From Candidatus Latescibacterota bacterium (GTDB lineage: Bacteria > Latescibacterota > CBDEFO01): 64,000 nucleotides of DNA. The stretch lies in the NCBI GenBank assembly GCA_965237525.1, contig CBDEFO010000007.1, positions 608,001-672,000 of the forward strand, in the 5' to 3' direction. This document shows, one piece after another, positions 60,495 through 64,000 of the stretch. A program made the position numbers and the translations under genes. Below the pieces are notes generated by a model, which had not been told where the DNA came from, did no database searches, and saw nothing but the letters and a program-made list of their open reading frames with translations. Numbering within the stretch: the first letter of the stretch is position 1; each line of letters opens with the position of its first letter.

Positions 60495-61373
60495 ATGCAA
60501 AGTAATGTCAAGCTGGATATAGAAGACGAAGAAATTGGTTTTATGAACGTTGACCAGACCGACTTCAGTTCGTTCACCCTGGGTGAGCGCATTCGACACG
60601 TTGAGGTAGAGGGATACGTCGTTCTACCCGATACGCTCGACAGACGGAAGATTGCAAGACTCAAGTCGGAACTTGCCGATATTACAATGCGACATAAGGA
60701 TTACAGCGTAGCTCAGACTGTGTCTGAGGATCCTCCACAGTGGCAGAGTCGCGCCGTTGCAGAGCTGATCGGGAATCCGCCGGTTATCCAGTTTCTCAGG
60801 GAACTGATGGGCACGGATATTGTGTTTACACGAGGAGTATTTCAACGCACTAAGCCCGGCTCCCCAGGGATCTCTATGCACACAGACGGACAGCCCTTTG
60901 GGTCGTCAATCTTTGACTACGAGGGCAGCTCGCCTAGGCTGCTGCGGGTCCTCTATTACCTCGACGACCTCATACCTGAACGGGCGCCCTTTCGGCTTGT
61001 GCCTCGTTCGCACCTTTCCTTCCACGCAGAAGCGAACCCGTACCTCCGATACAAGTCGCACCCGGAGGAGATCACCCTTTGCCTGAAGGCAGGATCAGCC
61101 CTTATCATCCCTAAAGACCTCTTCCACGGGACACATCCGAACAACGACACCTCCTCCAGGTCGATGATTCAGTTCGGCTACCGGCCAGGCTGGGCCGGGC
61201 CGATCCAAGCTATGGAAGAGTGGGATCCGGAGTTAGTGGCTGCAGCACCCGAGCAGGCCAAGCCGTTCTTGCAGAGTCTCAACAAGACGGGCGGTGTGTG
61301 GAAGCTGGAGAATAAGCCAAAGGGCATGGCGTCAAACGCTCCCGGGATCGACCCGCATCGCTGGGGAGACTGA
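60495..61373 (+). CDS. Phytanoyl-CoA dioxygenase (PhyH) family Fe/2OG oxygenase
   Basis: 'EGYVVLP', 'MHTD', 'YYLDD', 'VPRSH', 'FHGT.PN'; AAGGAG RBS. Confidence 0.85.
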   Translation: MQSNVKLDIEDEEIGFMNVDQTDFSSFTLGERIRHVEVEGYVVLPDTLDRRKIARLKSELADITMRHKDYSVAQTVSEDPPQWQSRAVAELIGNPPVIQFLRELMGTDIVFTRGVFQRTKPGSPGISMHTDGQPFGSSIFDYEGSSPRLLRVLYYLDDLIPERAPFRLVPRSHLSFHAEANPYLRYKSHPEEITLCLKAGSALIIPKDLFHGTHPNNDTSSRSMIQFGYRPGWAGPIQAMEEWDPELVAAAPEQAKPFLQSLNKTGGVWKLENKPKGMASNAPGIDPHRWGD

Positions 61374-61457
61374 GGGCATGAGGTGCAAGCCACTTCAGAG
61401 AACAAAAACTCAAATTCTCAGTATCCTGACCGCTTTACGCTTCAAGGAGAATATCGT

Positions 61458-63074
61458 ATGAAACTGGCAGGGTTGATTATCGCCGAGGCAAGAGGGCGCG
61501 GTTTGCGACATTTCTTCGGTCTTCCCGGCGGCGGTTCTCCCTTGGATATTATGGACTCCGGCCGGCGTCTCGGCGTCGATTTTGTTAGCGTTGCGCACGA
61601 ATCTTCCGCAGCGATCATGGCCGCATATTACGGCATCATGAAGGACACAGCGGGGCTGGCTTTGGCTGTGAAGGGTATTGGGGCAGGGAATCTTGCCGGC
61701 GGTGCCGTAAATACGTATTTTGAACGTGCGCCTGTCGTATGTCTTTGTGAGTCCTCACCGACTCACGTGACTCGACGAGAGCTGGTACAGCACTACCAGC
61801 ATTCCGAGCTGTTCGGTGCCGTTGTGAAGTTCCAGGACACCTTGACCCCCGATGCGGCTGCGGCTTGTCTTCAGGAAGCTGTGTTTCACGCTACGGACGG
61901 ACGACCTGGGCCGGTCCTTTTAAATCTTCCCTCGGACTTGGGACAGGCAGCGTGCACCGATCCCCTGCCCGCAGTCTCTTCACCAGCGCCGTATCCACCG
62001 GACGAGACCATGCTTGCCGCCGCTTTAGAATTCATTCAAACCTCTGGCAGACCGGTAGTAATCGCCGGTTCGGATGTCGTGCGCGCTGGAGCGACGCCGG
62101 AGTTGTTGGACCTGGTCGAGAACATCGGCGCAGCGGTTCTTGTCAACATGGATGCCCGCGGTGTCTTTCCTGAATCTCACCCCCGCTGGGCGGGAGTGTT
62201 CGTGGGCAATTTTAGCCCCAATATCGTCGAAACCGAAATCATTAGCCAAGCGGACACGGTGCTGCTGGTCGGGGCAGATGCCATGATGTCGCACACTCCC
62301 TGGAGCAGCGAACTTTCCACTTGTGAGTTAGTGGCCCGACCCGAATATGAGACGTTGTCGGAAAATCCTAAGGTGCGTGTGAACGGGGATCTGAAGGCTG
62401 CACTCACAAGCCTGTTGTCGCATAACCAGCAAGGTTTTTCCAAGAACCAGATCCAGACGACACGCCGGAATATACTGCAGAACTTCAAGAGGCTGGGGCA
62501 GGCCCGACTGGCAGCCCAGGACATCATTGAAATCACACGCGCCGTCCTTCCGGCGGAATGCGCTCTATTTTCGGAGACAGGTGTTTACATCCCCATGCTC
62601 GAGCATCTATGGACGGTAGTTCGACCCGAAACCTACTGGGGTACAGCAGGAGGGCGGACCATGGGACTGATGGTGCCTGCCATATTGGGAGCAAAGCTGG
62701 CAAGGCCCGAAGTTCCTATGGTGGGCATCGGTGCAGACGGCAGCATGTTGATGCGCCTCGGGGAACTGGAGGTTTTTGCACGCACCGGTGTAGCGGTGCC
62801 GCTAATAATTATCAATGACCGGGCCTTAGGCACGATGAAGTCACGACAGAAATCTCGCGGCATGCACGAATACGGATTGGACCTCTGCTCCGTCGATTTT
62901 GCCGAAATTGCCACGGCGTGCGGTCTGATAGGCGTGCAGGTGGACGCCCCCGAACAGTTCGAAAAGGAGCTGAAGCGTGCGCTGGAGGCAGATCGGACGA
63001 CGCTCATCGACGCGCGGGTGGATCCTCTGGCTTACCAAGACAGCTTTGGCCCAACGATCGGTGTTCTTGCTTGA
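61458..63074 (+). CDS. Thiamine pyrophosphate-binding enzyme (acetolactate synthase-like)
   Basis: 'FGLPGG', 'HESSAA.MA', 'PGPV.L.LP', TPP motif 'ADGS.LM...EL.......N..LG'. Confidence 0.88.
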   Translation: MKLAGLIIAEARGRGLRHFFGLPGGGSPLDIMDSGRRLGVDFVSVAHESSAAIMAAYYGIMKDTAGLALAVKGIGAGNLAGGAVNTYFERAPVVCLCESSPTHVTRRELVQHYQHSELFGAVVKFQDTLTPDAAAACLQEAVFHATDGRPGPVLLNLPSDLGQAACTDPLPAVSSPAPYPPDETMLAAALEFIQTSGRPVVIAGSDVVRAGATPELLDLVENIGAAVLVNMDARGVFPESHPRWAGVFVGNFSPNIVETEIISQADTVLLVGADAMMSHTPWSSELSTCELVARPEYETLSENPKVRVNGDLKAALTSLLSHNQQGFSKNQIQTTRRNILQNFKRLGQARLAAQDIIEITRAVLPAECALFSETGVYIPMLEHLWTVVRPETYWGTAGGRTMGLMVPAILGAKLARPEVPMVGIGADGSMLMRLGELEVFARTGVAVPLIIINDRALGTMKSRQKSRGMHEYGLDLCSVDFAEIATACGLIGVQVDAPEQFEKELKRALEADRTTLIDARVDPLAYQDSFGPTIGVLA

Positions 63075-63291
63075 CTCAATGAACCACGTAAGAACGCTCG
63101 AATCTTCTGAGTTGGCCCATTCGAATCTTACGCAAGACCGGATATGACTATCCAGGGCAAATATTGTGGAGATCACTTATAGAGATCCAAAATAGTAGGC
63201 AGCATATACGGAAAACTTAGCTAAGCTAGCTTGCTGTCTAATTATATTCGAGAAGTTCTGTCAATCCATTTAGTTTCATGGAGATGTGAAC

Positions 63292-64000
63292 ATGAGTGCA
63301 TATAAAAAGTATCGGCGCGTATTGTGCAACGACGACGGATGGATAATGGGCACATCTGAGCCTCCGCTGAGCGTAGACCAGATTAGGGACAAGATGATCT
63401 CGCCCTGCGAAGGGACACCGGTGGACACCTTTCTGTGGTCGATAGGAGGCCATGAGGTCTACCACTAGGAGACCGAAGTCGGAGAACTGTCCGGTGAGGG
63501 CTATGAAGATCTCAACCCACGACAGAAAACGAAGCATCAAAACCTTCGGCATTTGATAAAAGAGAAGGGCGGGCCACTAACGGTCATCGCGGACTTGTGC
63601 CACGCTGCGGGATTGAGCTTCTTTCCATCAGTGAGGATGAACACACACTACGATATTGAGGAGTCATCTCCAGACTACGGCCGGCACAGAGGAGAACACC
63701 CGGAATTACTCATCGGCCGTCCCGGAGAGGAGATACCGGACGGGAGCCTAGAATGGGGCATCAGGACAGGTCTCAATTACGCGTTCCCCGAAGTGCGAGC
63801 TCACATGACCAAGATCATCTTCGAGCTGTTCGAGCGTTTCGAAGTGGACGGTATAGAGCTGGACTTCATGCGCCATCCGGCCTTCTTCAGGATGGAAGAG
63901 GCATACGCCAACCGTTATCTGATGACGGACATGATAGATCACATACACCAGAGGATGAACCAGGTTGGTGCCCGGAGGGGAAAGCACCTCGAACTGGCGG
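63292..64000 (+). pseudogene. GH10-like/DUF187-type protein with an in-frame TAG; runs off the window edge
   Basis: 'RRVLCNDDG..VDTFLWSIGGHEVYH*ETEVGE..DLCHAAGL.FFPSVRMN..LNYAFPEVR..VDGIELDFMR'; TAG at 63466-63468. Confidence 0.8.

Noticed and set aside
42062..63468. Stop-codon reassignment or pyrrolysine read-through explaining in-frame TAA (42062), TGA (46120) and TAG (63466)
   Set aside because: All three stop types occur, and intact genes end in all three. The RND and beta-helix genes also carry frameshifts. Only the selD TGA lies at a known Sec position.

Overview
64-kb bacterial chromosomal window. An FCB-superphylum organism (Latescibacterota/KSB1-like) is likely, inferred from the efp-accB-accC-gcvH order, 'QNYPNPFN' FlgD/CTD-type sorting domains and GH10-like/PhyH paralogues. 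The intact core block (9.6-25.6 kb) holds hldA-hldC, a TPR protein, efp, accB, accC, gcvH, an OM receptor, HNH, trpS, scpA, scpB, rluB, cmk, plsC and rpsA. It is surrounded by accessory DNA that is actively eroding: about nine pseudogenes and four IS copies (2x IS1182, IS3, IS481-like). Features missed or truncated by the ORF track: a selenocysteine-containing SelD (in-frame UGA, CGGU), a consensus sigma28 promoter before a 66-aa YjfB-like gene, a decayed Clp-N gene, and a promoter-to-terminator ~120-nt structured RNA that I cannot assign to a known family. The most striking pattern is two integrase-free cargo cassettes (ankyrin lipoprotein; TolC+RND). Each lies between a gene (acs, ldcA) and a diverged ~190-220 bp copy of that gene's 3' end; a third orphan 3' end of similar size (kelch) lies at 59.8-60.0 kb. 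All calls are by eye from sequence motifs; no database searches were run.
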